A program made the translations under genes and the position numbers. From the human T2T-CHM13v2.0 reference genome, Homo sapiens, in assembly GCF_009914755.1 (NCBI RefSeq), contig NC_060941.1: a stretch of 64,000 nucleotides of DNA, one strand, 5' to 3'. Position 1 is the stretch's first letter; every line of letters begins with the position of its first letter. Shown piece after piece: positions 45,548 to 64,000 of the stretch. Below the pieces are notes generated by a model that made no database searches, was not told where the DNA came from, and saw nothing but the letters and a program-made list of their open reading frames with translations.

Positions 45548-46599
45548 CTGCTCCAGAAGAGACTGTTTACTGTGCTAAGTAGGAAGAGGCAGCATCCACA
45601 TTTCTGTGGATTCAGTGAGAAAGCTGGAGAGGGAAACTTTCAATCACTGCTAAAATCCAGGTCATGGAAATACAGACCCAGAACAGAAATGCACAGGGCA
45701 AGACAGCAGAGACAGCTACAGTGCCAGGAAAGCAAAGAGAGGTTGTTCCAGGGCAAGATGAGTGACAGGGACTATGTGGAGGGGAGGGCTTGGAAGGCAG
45801 AGGGACGTAGCTGGCGGCTGCCTGCCCAAAACAAAAACAGTGAGCCATGGAATATGCAGGCTCTCTGCTTGGTGCCTAAGCTGGAAGCCATCACCCACAT
45901 ACAAAGAATTTCAGTTTGATTCAACTCAGCACACATTTACTGGACATTCGCTCTGTGCCAGGTGCTGGCAGCAGCCCATCAAGATACATGTGGCTGTCTC
46001 CAGTCTCAGACAGCTCCTGGTGAAGGTGGAGAGACAGAGAACATAGGCAACAGTACGGTGTGGCCAGGCTCTGATGCACGCAGTGCCCAAGCTGCCGCAG
46101 TGCCTGTTGCCAACTGGTCTTCCTAGCACAGCCTGGGGCAGGACACCAGGAGGAGGATGCCTGAGATAGACCCAAACAGCTCTCTTTCTCAGGAATTAGT
46201 CCCCTTAATTCCTGATTCTTGCTGGATCCGCAATTGACAGCATACCTCGTGGAATATTACCTGTAGTTGAGTATGCAGATGAGTATGGTAACTGTAAACT
46301 GTTTCATGTTATGGATTCAAGGCTTAGGTCAATCTCAGTTAACTCTTTGGCCAAAGGCGACCTCCAGGTCAATGTCAGACAGGATAGGCCCATTAGACAA
46401 TAGCAATCTAGGGCTGGAACTGCAAGCGAGCAGCATGTATCAGAATTTCTAGGGGATAGGACATGGAGTTGGAGGTGCAGATGGAGATTGTCATGGATGT
46501 TCTCCAAGCACCAGCCCCCTGCAAGAAAACCCTGCTTCTGGGGGACTTGTCCAGGAGCTGAGGGCCAGTGGAGTACAAAGTTCTGCATGCACTCCTCAA

Positions 46600-47170
46600 G
46601 TGGACTAGAGAAAGCCTGTCATGGGGGCAGTCACTCTGTGCCCCTTCCCTCCATTCCCGCTGCCGCCTTCTTGGTCCAAGACATTGTCTTCTCTCTCTTA
46701 GACAGTTGCCATCATCTTCTAAGTCTTCTTTTTCAGTCCTGCTCCCATGTTCCCTCCAGAGGGATGGAATCAACTTGCTGATCAGATGGGGTTTGGAGCC
46801 ATCCCTGTAAAGAAACCTGAAGACATTCCCAATTCCTCTGCCTGGCTTTCCATGTCTTCCATGTCCAGCTTCATCTCCCACTGTGCCCTTCCATACCCTG
46901 GCCTCTCTTTCCCGGGCCACCAGCCCTCATCTTCTCAGAATTTCTTGCAGTCTCCCCGCAGAGACCACCTCCTTGTAGAAGGCTGCCAAGATTCTACCAC
47001 TACCCTAGCTGGGGATACCCTCCCTCCCTCTCATACAGCACATTCATGTTTTTATCTTGTGCTACAATGATCTGTACTCCTGATTTATCTTCCTCATTGA
47101 ATTCCTTGATATCGTTTCCCACCCAGAACCTCATACAGGGACTCAGCAAATGTTTTTTGATTCAATAAAC
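46600..47170 (+). mobile_element. L2 fragment
   Basis: gccgccttcttggtccaagacattgtcttctctctcttagacagttgcc; 3' end actcagcaaatgttttttgatt. Confidence 0.6.
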
Positions 47171-47753
47171 TCTGTTTTTCAGCTTTGATGCTACTGGTGT
47201 AACTACTCTCTTAGGATTTACCTTCCCTGAGGGGCAGCCTGGTCTAAAAGTCACTCCATTGTGCACTGGATGAAGGGCCCAGGAGGTGAGTGAGAACATC
47301 AAAGTGGGAGTGGGGCCAGGCAGGTGCCACTCTTGGCAGCTTGCTCTCCCCAGCTCTCCTAAAGCCAGGGTCAGAGCATGAGCCCCGGATGGGAGGGGCA
47401 TCATCCTGGACCTGATCAGGCCTAGAAGAGCTTGCGTTCTCAACCGAGGCTGGTCTTTACCAAGATCATCCCCAACGACCTGCTCTCCCCAGCCATCTTT
47501 CCTCCCATATGCTACACCCTACATGTCTTGCAAAGCTGATGTCCCCTGTGGCTCCTTGACTGTTCATGTCTCTCTGACCTCTCCTTTCTCAGACCATGGG
47601 TATGTGAGCAGCTAGGATCAAGGGGCATGAGATTTAGTCCTGACGACATGATCATTCCATGTGTGAATCTGGTTTGCCCCTTTAGTCCGATAATGCCAGG
47701 ATGTGCCTCTTTCACAGTAGCCTTTATGCTCTCCTGAGTACTTGGGGTATACA

Positions 47754-47759
<6 letters not shown>

Positions 47760-47803
<44 letters not shown>
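47760..47803. repeat. (TG)22 microsatellite
   Basis: Direct. Confidence 0.97.
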
Positions 47804-47806
<3 letters not shown>

Positions 47807-48909
47807 AAAAATACTGCTCCAGGATTTCAAGGACCACATTTGGTTCCATTGTTTTCTTTAATTGTGGCAAGCTAAGAAGAAAAGAACTGCAATGCGCATG
47901 CTCTGTAGATGGACATGCTTCCCATGGTCATTACACCAGAGGAGAGTCGGGCACAGCTCCTCCCCCTGCCAGGCTCCCAAGAACCATGCTCCAATGTCAA
48001 CCCTATGCTCACAGGGAGAGCCTTGATTTAAGTTTGGTAAAACGATATCCCATTAAATTTATGTTGTTAATTTGAATTTTATTGATTTCGTTGTTTGCCG
48101 TTCTATAATTTGTCCATTTGTTTTGCTTTTATGGTCATAGGAGAGCCATCAGCAGAAAGATTTTACTCCAGCTTGCATGTTGGTACATATTTAAATAGCA
48201 TTATAATAGAAATTAGTTGTGTCAACAAAGAGGGAGAAGTTCTTTGAAAGTATTTTCATTTCAAAAGAAGAGCCAAGCATTGCTAGGATTTGAGAAATAT
48301 TTTATTTAATGTTATATTTCCCACGAGAGGATCATGAGCGCTCAACTCTTCCCAACCCCAGCTGACTCCTCCATGAGAAATCTGTCAGTGGTTTTCCCAG
48401 AAGGCTGCCCCCGTGTGAAATTCAAAGATATGTAGTGTGTTAAGGCCAGGGTGTTGCTCTCCGAATGCCTCCACCAGGAAGAATCTGGGACCCAGCTTCT
48501 GCCCAGTTACAAATGAATGGGACAAAGTCATGTTCACTGGAAACTTGCCTGAGAAACCATCTGAGGACGTCATTGTGCGTCCATCGTTCCGAGAAAACAT
48601 GAGCTGTGAAAGACCACAGGACAGATGCAGAGGACTCCCCTAAATTATCTACCCCAGGGAGTGCTGGCATTTCTCTCTATCCCTGATGCCAGCAAATGCA
48701 GCCACGCCCAAGAGATTTTTTCTTTCTTTGTCCCCTACGAGAAGAAGATATGGAGACTATGTGGTTATTAAAGCTCTTAGCAGAGCACCAAGTTCCTGGG
48801 CAAATACCACACAGCCATTTATCTTTCACTTTGCTGAATTTTCTATTTTAATTGGTGTATGGAGTGGAGCGTAAAGACGGTGGGAAAATCTCAGCAAATG
48901 CATCAGTGA

Positions 48910-50246
<1,337 letters not shown>

Positions 50247-50643
50247 TCATCTCTTACTTCTTTCACCTCTCCTGCTACATCCCAGCTCCAGCCTCTCGCT
50301 CGCTGTGGGACCTTTGCACTGCTGTCCCTGCTGGTTAGAATTTTCTTTACCCTCTCTGTACTGGCTGAAACTTGCTTGTTTTTTAGCCCTCAGCTGAGAT
50401 GTTACTTCCTCCAGAATCTTCCCCTACCCACACCAAGACTAGAATTAGTGCCCCTCTCCTGTGCCCTGAAGGACCTTGTGTGTGCCCCCTTTGGTAGCCA
50501 TCACACGATGGTGCCATGTGGCTATCTCCCCACTAGACTGCAAGCTCCTCAGGGGCAGGGCCTTGGAGCCCTTTAGGTTCCACATTGCAGCACGATGTCC
50601 ACTATATGCAGGTACTCGGGAAGGATTTTTGAATGGGTGGATG

Positions 50644-51107
<464 letters not shown>

Positions 51108-51350
51108 CTAAGCAAGAAGCACTAAAGTAGATAGAGATCCAGGTATCTAACCTGTCAGGCCTCCTGACATACACCCCATATCCCCCCAGTTGGCCTAATC
51201 CAGTATCCAGAGGAAATTGCTAAGCCCCCATCTCTGCAACACAGGACTCTCAATAGGTTTGAATGGCAGATGATGAAGAATAGTACTTGGGACCCAAGTT
51301 GCTAAGGGCCATCAAGTTTATACGGGTGGCCTTTTTGGTTCTTTCTCTGA

Positions 51351-51781
<431 letters not shown>

Positions 51782-53179
51782 TGAAATCACTCCCTGGTAA
51801 GATAACAAATTCCCCCACCCTTCTGCTCTGTGGCCTTATCAGGCTATCTGAACCCCAAAGATCAATCCTTAAGGCTACTAGTCAGCAAAACCCACTCTGT
51901 CCATGGGGCAGGTGGAGGCCGGGTCAGGGCCTCTACTGTCTAGTCTCTTTTCCCTGTTGTTTTTCTGTGTGAGCACAACCTGGCAACTTAGAACTTAGAA
52001 ACTCTGTTTCTAAGTTAGAAACAGAAACCTTAGAAACCTTAGAAACTCTGTTTCTAATCTACAACAGTGTAGAAAACCTCCAATTCAAGCCATAAAAGTT
52101 AGTTTCTCTGCCTCTAACATTCTACTAGAAAATGAACCATAATTTGAAACATACAGTAAAAAGTAATCTTTCCTTTTTAACACCCAAGCTCCTTCATTTT
52201 CAAAGAAAGCCAACGGCTGTTGGATTGGATTTTGTTTTTTACCAGTTATACATTTTGCCTCGAAAGCTGCCCAGAGTACAAAAAAGAAGTGAGGGTGTTC
52301 ACACTTTGAAGATGAATCATCTCCAAAGCTGGCATCAGAACCCCCCATGTTCATCACCCCAGTCTTGAGACAAACTCTGTAGTCATTAATGAGAGTGCAT
52401 AAGACAGGCTGGAGTTATGACTAGCATTTATTCGCTGCAGTAAAGAATGTCCTCTATTAATGACAACAGCTGTCGGTTTAATAACCCCAGAAAAGATCAT
52501 TAAATTCCTTCACATTTCCCAGAAACAGATGGAAGAATTGCAAAAAGGTTCAAGCATATGGGGAAACATATTGGATCCAGCAGCTCCAAAGAATAGCCAG
52601 AAAACTGATACTCTAATGGGCTGCTGCACACGGTATTGCCTGTGGGTGCCCAATGGGAGCAGGTGTGCTCCCTGCCTTGTGGGGAATGTGGAAACATGGT
52701 GAGGAGTAGTGTCAAGACAGGTGACCCCTGAGTGTGCTAGGATGGACTGGAAAGACAGCTGCCTGAGTTAGTGGGTTGTGAAGGCTAAGAAGGTGACTAA
52801 CGTCAGCAGCCATTGGCTGCAAACCTACTTTGCTGCCTTGGTGATTGTTAATGGCACCATCCCTTGGCAGAATAAACACACTCACTTTTCCATGCACGCT
52901 CTTTCTGGTCACTGCACACTTACTCCAATGCATACAGACATACCCAGGTCATCAACAGATAGCCCAATGCCCTTGCAGACAAACTCCTGAAACTTGCATC
53001 AGTGAATTTATTCTGCTGAAGAAACCTCCCATAGTCAGAGCCCATCAGCTTGATCTTCAGTTCAGAGTCAGCAGTACCTGTCTACTTTTCATGCATCCAG
53101 GTGAAGGAAAGCATTTCATGACCTCTGAGTCAGGTGCTCAGATGATTCTGTGCACTTAGAGAGAGGCAGAAGTAACAAT

Positions 53180-53705
53180 GGAGGAAATATAGAGTTATCA
53201 AAAAATTATCTAAAAAAGAAAAAGGTTACAGGGCCTGATGGTTTTACTGGTAACTTCTTTCAGGCTTTCCAGGAAGCATTAATTCCCATTCCAAATAAAC
53301 TGTTCTTATGTATAGACAAATACAGAAAGCTAAGCTCTTCATTCTATCGAGGAAGGATGGTCTTGATAACACTTATATACCATAAAAAGAAAACTAAAAA
53401 CCGAGTTCACTTTAAAATGCAGACATAAATTCCTGCATAAATAGTGGCAAGACAAATTTAAAATCATATGAATACATAAGTTGGTATTCTTTGAGGTTTG
53501 TCTGAAAGGTTTAATGTTATAAAATTAATATTGAATACATATGTAATGTTTAGATGGAAATATTAAATATTGAAAAGATTTATATTGTACTTTTTCAAAT
53601 TAATTTATTTGTGTTATGAGTTAAATTGTGGCTTTCCAAAAAGAGATATGGTGAAGTTATTACCACCAGTACCTCAGAATGTGACCTTATTTGGAAATAG
53701 GGACT
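53180..53705 (+). mobile_element. Old L1 ORF2 fragment followed by MLT1B/C 5' fragment (53611-53705)
   Basis: cagggcctgatggttttactggtaacttctttc (translates GPDGFTGNFFQAF, the L1 RT motif PGPDGFT); cctcagaatgtgaccttatttggaaatagg. Confidence 0.75.
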
Positions 53706-54029
53706 GTTTTGTTGTTGTTGTTGTTTTTTGTTTGTTTGTTTTTGTTTTGAGACGGAGTCTCACTCTATCACCTAGGCTGGAGTGCAGTGCCACAGTCTTG
53801 GCTCACTCCAACCTCCACCTCCCAGGTTCAAGCAATTCTCCTGCCTCAACCTCCTGAATAACTGGGACTACAGGCGCCCGCCACCACACCTGGATAATTT
53901 TGTATTTTTAGTAGAGATGGGGTTTCACCATGTTGGCCAGGCTGGTCTCGAACTCCTGACCTCAGGTGATCTGCCCGCCTCAGCCTCCCAAAGTGCTAGG
54001 ATTACAGGCATAAGCCACTGCTCCCGGCC
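53706..54029 (-). mobile_element. Alu (AluSx-like)
   Basis: Full dimer. Confidence 0.95.
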
Positions 54030-54309
54030 AAGAATGGTTTTTATATTTTATATTTGTGTGTAAACAAAAGAAAAGAAACAAGAAGGAAGAGGGAATGGAG
54101 AACAAGGAGGAGGCAGAGGAGAGAAAAAAGATAGAGATTATTTGTTGCTCAGAAAGCAACATACTTACTACTTGACTGGTCACGAAACAATTTTGCTGAC
54201 CCCTGGTTTCAAACAACCCTGATAAAAATCCTTGTAGATAAACGTCAGTTGATCTGGAAGAAGACACAGGTGAAATTCTTAACTAAGAAAACTTTGGGGA
54301 AAAAAAATA

Positions 54310-54593
54310 GTTCTCACTCATAAGTGAGAGTTGAACAATGAGAACACATGGACACAGGGAGGGGAACATCACACTCCGGGGCCTGTCGAGGGGTAGGGGT
54401 TAAGGGGAGGGGGAGCATTAGGACAAATACCTAATGCATGCAGGGCTTAAAACCTAGATGACAGGTTGATGGGTGCAGCAAACCACCATGGCACATGTAT
54501 ACCTATGTAACAAACCTGCACGTTTAGCACATGTATCCCAGAACTTAAAGTAAAATTTTAAAAAAGAATACAAAATAAATAAATACATAAAAA
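54310..54593 (+). mobile_element. L1PA (older primate subfamily) 3'UTR end with A-rich tail
   Basis: ttctcactcataagtgagagttgaacaatgagaacacatggacacaggg...gcagcaaaccaccatggcacatgtatacctatgtaacaaacctgcac...agaacttaaagtaaa. Confidence 0.93.
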
Positions 54594-55061
54594 GCCTCAT
54601 GTTACCTTGAGAAGAATTCTGATGCCCAGGCTGGTGAAGAAGGGCTGGACAATGGACCCTCTTCCTAGGAACTCCCAACTACACTATTTCAGGACATGTG
54701 ATCTGCTGAAATGTATTTTATTTTCAAGGTGGAGGGAAAAATTGTCTGTTTACTAAATGCTGTGCAGGATCTGACAGTCTACGCCCTTGTCTACGAGTAC
54801 TGCAAAACTGGCATTTAGACTGTACCAGAGTGGCTGCCTGCCTGGCATTGGTCTGGTGCACCTGTGTGCGCTGGTGATGGGATGGTTTGGGCAGGTGCAG
54901 ATCCAAGGACTGTGGTAAAAGGGAGAGCTTGTATTTTGAAGTGGAAAAGAACCTAAGGGTTTGTACAGACATCTCATCTTCCCAGAGGAGACAGACATTC
55001 TGGGTCTCATTGTAAAGTGCCTGCTGCATCAATAAAGCTCTTGACTTATTAGAAAAAAAAA
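54594..55061 (+). pseudogene. Retroposed polyadenylated segment (5'-truncated processed pseudogene 3' end or L1 3' transduction); parent unidentified
   Basis: About 460 bp of non-repeat-like sequence inside AT-rich old L1. It ends with AATAAA (55031-55036) followed 16 nt later by an A9 tract (55053-55061), and starts directly after the A-rich tail of an L1PA 3' end. Confidence 0.65.
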
Positions 55062-57320
<2,259 letters not shown>

Positions 57321-58540
57321 AACATAATGGATGCTTTAAGAAACAGGAAGGTAGCAAGAAAAGTCGGAGGGAAGGGGAAAGACGTGGAGAGAGGACTGGG
57401 GGAGAATGAGGCCACCTTAAGTTTGAATCCCCAGGTCTGTCTCCCAAGAGGCCCAGAGACTAACAAAAGGAAATCTTCTGGGCTATGGAAATCATCAGTT
57501 AATGCAAACACTGTACCTACTTTCCTGAGCCAGTAAAGCCTGATTCTCCTGTACGGCTGCTCTCTCTCACCCCATGCCATGGATGGGCTCTCTGACCCTG
57601 TAGATCTACTCACTTACCAGGTTCCTGTACCCTTGGGTCAAAGCCATTCAACCCCTTTAGACCTATCTCAGCTCAGCTGCAGCCCAAGAGCCAAGACTGC
57701 CTTATCCACTCCGTTCCCCAGAAGCCTGGTGGTCCAGGCCAGGCCCTGTATCAGAGTCACTGGAGGAGAGCCCCCAACTCCATTCCTGCTGCCCACCCTG
57801 CCCTGCAGGAACAAGCATTTCTTTTTAATTCACAGAAGGACATGATGATCTGGGCCCTAGTGGGGTATTTATACAACCCCCAACAATGACACAGGACTGC
57901 TGGTAAGAGCCAACAGACCTGAAGATGTCTTAAGGCCGGATGGATGGCTCAGTCATCATTCAGGTGAACCATCTCCACCTATGCCCACATGGGAATATGA
58001 TATTGGGATCAGACACACCCTGCTCCCACACCTATGCCTGGGCACCATAAAGCCCTTCCCACCTACCCAGAGCAGGGGCAAAAGAGGTAAATCAACGGAG
58101 ATAAAGTTGATGATGGTTTTAATAAGAAATTAACTTGAGTTATAAAGAATAACATAATGGCTCGTTTCCAACAGCAGGGTAGATTTGATTGCCCTGAAGG
58201 ACCTTCCCAGGTGAAACTACTAAATGGTTAAATAAAATATTTTTTAAAATCTATTGAAATGCATTACTGAGTTGGCACGAAAGTCAGAACTCTGCAAAGC
58301 CCTAAAACAAAGTGAAATAAGAAGTCTGGAAGGAAAATGAGTGCCAAAGTCTGCTTTCTCCCTGAAGGCTTCTGCTAACCTCCGGAAACGCTGAGGTTCT
58401 TCTCTGATGACTATCTGAGGTGTAGGGGACAGGAAACCAAAGCCAGTCATAGCCCAAGGCTGGCGATCTAATGTGAAATCCCTGCATAACGTTGAGGTTC
58501 ACAGAGGCCAGACTCTAAAAGTGAATAAAAAGTAAACCTG

Positions 58541-58853
58541 GGCTGGGAGCAGTGGCTCACACCTGTAATCCCAGAACTTTGGGAGGCCAGAGCGGGCAGA
58601 TCACCTGAGGTCACAAGTTCGAGACCAGTCTGGTCAACATGGCACAACCCACATCTCTACTAAAAATACAAAAGAATTAGCCAGGTGTGGTGTCATGCAC
58701 TTGTAATCCCAGATATTCCAGAGGCTGAGGCAGCAGAATCGCTTGAACCCGGGCGGCAGAGGTTGGCAGTGAGCCGAGATCGCACCACTGCACTCCAGCC
58801 TGGGTGATAGAGCAAGACTCCATCTCAACTAAAAAAAAAAAAAAAAAAAAAAG
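58541..58853 (+). mobile_element. Alu (AluS)
   Basis: Full dimer; TSD agtaaacctg. Confidence 0.95.
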
Positions 58854-59320
58854 AAGTAGTAAACCTGGATCGCCACAAAGAGGCAACAAGGAAACTTAAC
58901 CAATGCACTCTGGCATGGGTTGGAGGGGGAAAACATTGTAAACACAGGCCACTTCTTACATAACTTTGAGATCCAAAATTATACTAGTTGTGAGATCCAA
59001 AAAACTTCAGGCAGTGCCCCTGGGCACTTCAGAAGCAAATAAAAATCCTCTCTGGAGAAACTCAACCTCAAAGAAGTCCCCAAGAATCCTCACAAATAAA
59101 GTCCCAAGGACAATAAGCAGCTTACAGCCCAAAATCACAAAACATAAAAACATATGAGGAAATAAAGTATCATGCGTAAAAACCTTCAGAGAAAAAAAAG
59201 ATTCGCAAGAACTTTAGACATTGGAATTTTTCGGTATAGAATATAACATACACATAAATAGACACAGGAAAAAATGGAAGATAAGCTAAATAGAAATAAA
59301 ATACAATAATAATAATTAAA

Positions 59321-59617
<297 letters not shown>

Positions 59618-60999
59618 TTAAATTCACTAAACATATCAGCTAGCAGATTAAACACCTGTGAAGAGAGAAATGGTAAACTAAAAGATCTGAATAAATGATC
59701 TAGGTGCAGCCCATAGAATAAAAAGATGGAACTATGGAAGAGGGATTAAACAAAGGAAATATGTCAAGAAGGTCTAATATAATTATCATCAGAGTTCCAA
59801 AAGAAAATAACAAAGAGAATGAGAAAGTGGCAATACAGGAAGAGACAATAGCTGAGAATTTTCCAGAACTGTTGAAAAACACCAATTCTCAGTTTAGGGA
59901 AAACCTATGAATTCCAGGCAGAATAATATTTTTTTAAATCTCTATACTAGGTACATTACAGTGAAATTGCAAAATATCAAAGAAAAAGAAGACCACAATT
60001 AAGATTACAACCAACCTCTCAAACACTACAATGGAAGAGAGAAAACATGAAGATTATCTTCGTGTTGAAAGTACTGTAGACGTAAAATTCTATATCCAGA
60101 AACTTTTCTTTCAATAATGAGGATTTTAAAAGACATTTTGAGACAATAAAAACGGATAATTTACTAGTATAGGATGCCCACTAAAGGAAATTCTAAAGCT
60201 TATGCTTCACACAGAAGAGAAATGGTCCCAAATGAAAGGTCTAAAATGGAAGGTAGAATAATGAGATAAATATTGTAAAATAACTGGCAAAGTCTAAGCA
60301 ATGACTGTACAAAACAATATATCATAATGTCAAATTCACTGGAATTTTAAAAATAGGCTAGAACTAGAATGTTGAACAACAGCTTGTAAGCTTGGAGGAA
60401 AGTAGTCCGAAAAAATTGTTCTAAGGCAGATTTTGTCTGCCCTCTGCCTCAAGGTTATATCCCAGGGATGCACTTTATAATGAAGGTATCATTTCCTCCA
60501 GAAGACAGGAGGGTGCTTGAAGAGTTGCTTAGGAACTGGGGGATCAGCTTCCTCTATTCCTTTGGCTCCTCCCTATCCAATCTTATTGCTCTGTTATGTT
60601 ATTTTCTGCCTTCCTATCTTAGCCAGAAGCAGGAAATTCTACTTTTGCAATTCTGCAAGGCACATGGCTTATCCCATCAAGACTTAGTCTAAAGAAAGGG
60701 GAAGGGAGGGTTCTTCTGTCAACACTGCTTGCTCCTTCCTCTCTGTTTTCCAGATGAGCTGCTTAGACCATGTTTATTGTGGACTACATTTATGCCCTCC
60801 CAAGAGGCCATAAGGAGTAGCCAACATACTCTAATATCCCCGAAATATCTACCAATCCCCTGAAGTGCCATCCTCAGTAAGCACACAGTAACAATTTAAC
60901 CAGCTGCATAGCTACTGATAACAAGGGCTTCCCAGCTACAAACTGAGGGATTCCCCTGTGCCTCATTCCTCTTCAGCTCAGCAATGCCAATTCCAAGTA

Positions 61000-61817
<818 letters not shown>

Positions 61818-62039
61818 TTACTGAAGGTTGGTGGTAGTGGTGGCTGTGTGGCTGTGGTATTATTTATCATGATTTTATTTGCCTCCTTCTTTTTCTGCCA
61901 CTAGATTCCCCCAGACAACTGATGTTCCTGGTTAGGCTAAGTCCATCCAGGCATGATGAATCTGATAACCTTGGCCACACGAGAGGTGAGAAACTTCATT
62001 GGCCAACATGGCCAGCACGGAAAGGAGTGTTTGAGCCCT

Positions 62040-62207
62040 ACTCCGTGGTTCTCAGCCTCAGCGGCATGTTAGAATCTCCTGAGGAATCCTTAAAAAGCAT
62101 TGATGTGTGGGTTTCTGATTTAATTGGTCTGGGTACATCCTGGGCACTAGGAATTTTTAAAGCTCCTCAGATGATTCTAATATGCAGCCAAGGATGACAA
62201 CCACTGT
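62040..62207. mobile_element. MER5A (hAT)
   Basis: gtggttctcagcctcagcggcatgttagaatctcctgagga...aaagctcctcagatgattctaatatgcagccaaggatgacaaccactg. Confidence 0.85.
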
Positions 62208-62353
62208 CTAAGAGAATGAAGCAAAAAGGGGGGAATATCAGGCTTGGAGAGCATCTTCTTATGGCACATCGTTGGAGTAAAAGTAGTTTAAGCTGTTGAT
62301 AATATGAAGAAATGCATAGAACACTTTGGTAAGTATAAGAAAAGCCCCATGTA

Positions 62354-62606
62354 AGCCGGGCGGGGTGGCTCACACCTGTAATCCTAGCACTTTGGGAGGT
62401 CAACGAGGGCAGATTGCCTGAGCTCAGGAGTTCAAGACCAGCCTGGGCAACACGGTGAAGCCCCGTCTCTACTAAAATATAAAAAATAAGCCGGGTGTGG
62501 CACCATGCACCTGTAGTACAGGCTACTCGGGAGGCTGAGGCAGGAGAATTGCACCAATGCACTCCGGCCTGGGTGACAGAGTGAGACTCCGTCTCAGAAA
62601 AAAAAA
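62354..62606 (+). mobile_element. Alu (AluS) with right-arm deletion
   Basis: ggagaattg|caccaatgcactcc joins across the missing ttgaaccc...gagat segment. Confidence 0.93.
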
Positions 62607-62619
62607 GGGGGGAGAGGGG

Positions 62620-62908
62620 GGTCAGGGTGCAGTGGCTCACGCCTGTAATTCCAGCACTTTGGGAGGCCAAGGCGGGTGGATCACGAGGTCAGGAGATCGG
62701 GACCATCCTGGCTAACACAGTGAAACCCCGTCTCTACTAAAAATACAAAAAAAAAAAAAAAATTAGCCGCCCGTGGTGGGGGGCGCCTGTAGTCCCAGAT
62801 ACTCGGGAGGCTGAGGCAGGAGAATGGCGTGAACCCCGGCAGGTGGAGCTTGCAGTGAGATGAGATCGCACCACTGCACTCCAGCCTGGGTGACAGAGCA
62901 AGACTCCA

Positions 62909-62940
<32 letters not shown>
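62620..62940 (+). mobile_element. Alu (AluY-like) with expanded middle A-tract and ~29-nt pure poly-A tail
   Basis: gaccatcctggctaacac, ggagaatggcgtgaaccc, gagcttgcag. Confidence 0.95.
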
Positions 62941-62942
<2 letters not shown>

Positions 62943-64000
62943 CTGAAAGAGAAGCATGTAAAATTGTATATGTAATACGACCTTCAGAATCTAAACAATT
63001 TATAGAAAAAATAACAAAGGAAACAAAAATGCTAACAACAGTGATTCTAGATGGTGAAATAATAGGCTTCTAAGTTTCTATTTTATCAGATGTTTCTGAA
63101 GTTTTAACTTTTTTCCATGATAAATATGTATTACTTTTATAATTCAGAAAATAAAAGTTAAAAAAAAAAACTAGGGGGAAAATGACAAATCCTTTGGACT
63201 ACATTCAAGGCCTCTATGATGGGGCCCTGCCTACCCCTCAGCCAGGTCTCAGTACTCTCTCTGTCCCCACACGCCCCAGGTTCCAGCCACTGCACATCTC
63301 CAGACCTCACAATGTCTCATCCCAGTCACTCCAGACAGAATCTCCCTTTAACTATAGATGTAGTTTTTGATCTTCCAACGAGGTCATGCCTCCTCCCTGA
63401 TGAAGCTTTCTCATATGCCCAAATGGAAGCCTTCGTATTAGCCCCTTTACCAGCTCAGAGGTTCCCAAAAGTGATCCCCATTGAGAAATAATACCCTTCA
63501 TCCTAGGAGCAAAGACATCATCGTAAGGACCCTGGGTGAAAAGAAGTTATTTTCCGTCCCGCACGTACTGCTCTGCCCTCGCCCCTTCCGGAGCAGAGCT
63601 CGCTCTCAGACCCACGTGCACATTCTCCAGCCCTGCAGACCTCACCTCGCCAGAGGCAGAAGGAAGTCCAGGCATTTGCACCAGTTCATTTAGATCTTAG
63701 CAGAGCGTAAAATTTACTTTCTGGGAAATTATAAAAACATGCAATCTGCAGGTCTATCCATAATAAAGGGCTTGCTCTCAAGGCAGAAGCCTCTTAGTAC
63801 TGTTCTGTAGGCAGACTCCTTCCCTTTGGTCAGTGTAAGCTCCCTGGAGCAACTCGCAATCAGGGGTGGCTTTGAAACCAGCAGAAGGAGCACCCAGTAG
63901 AGGGGCACACTAGATTCTGGCAGGAACAACTCTTAACCCCCAGAAACAAGGTAGCTTAATTAAAACAGAAAAAGGAAGAATCTCTACATCTAGGTTGAGA

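Noticed and set aside
46408-47070. 170-aa ORF (46408-46920, minus) and overlapping ORFs
   Set aside because: Overlap degenerate L2 sequence; no recognisable domain or exon structure.
53150-53428. ORF containing GPDGFTGNFFQAF reverse-transcriptase motif
   Set aside because: Short degenerate L1 ORF2 remnant, not an intact or novel RT.
54389-54415. G-quadruplex-like run ggggtaggggttaaggggaggggg
   Set aside because: The known G-rich tract of the L1PA 3'UTR; not locus-specific.

Overview
Primate (human-like) non-coding genomic DNA, intronic or intergenic. I can support no protein-coding exon, RNA gene, CRISPR array or prokaryotic feature. Almost all supplied ORFs are translations of Alu, LTR or microsatellite sequence. 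Much of the window is interspersed repeat: about 32 Alus, old L1M fragments, one L1PA 3' end, L2, L3/CR1, MIR, MaLR/ERVL/ERV1 solo LTRs and hAT DNA transposons. There is one clear gene relic, a full-length processed pseudogene of BTF3 (NAC beta) on the minus strand at ~21234-22738, disabled at codon 8 and later hit by two Alus. A second retroposed, polyadenylated segment (~54594-55061) is fused behind an L1PA 3' end; I cannot name its parent gene. The most unusual signal is a cluster of local templated copy-insertions between ~10 and 20 kb, where nearby sequence has been pasted, often inverted, into older transposons. It includes a 122-bp inverted repeat pair at 118/122 identity flanking a perfect 64-bp AT-rich palindrome. 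There is also a four-Alu array that appears to have arisen by local tandem duplication, and several repeat-free, motif-dense blocks that look like enhancers. I see no evidence for a new gene system. Repeat family and subfamily names come from memory of consensus sequences, not from a search, and boundaries of old repeats are approximate.
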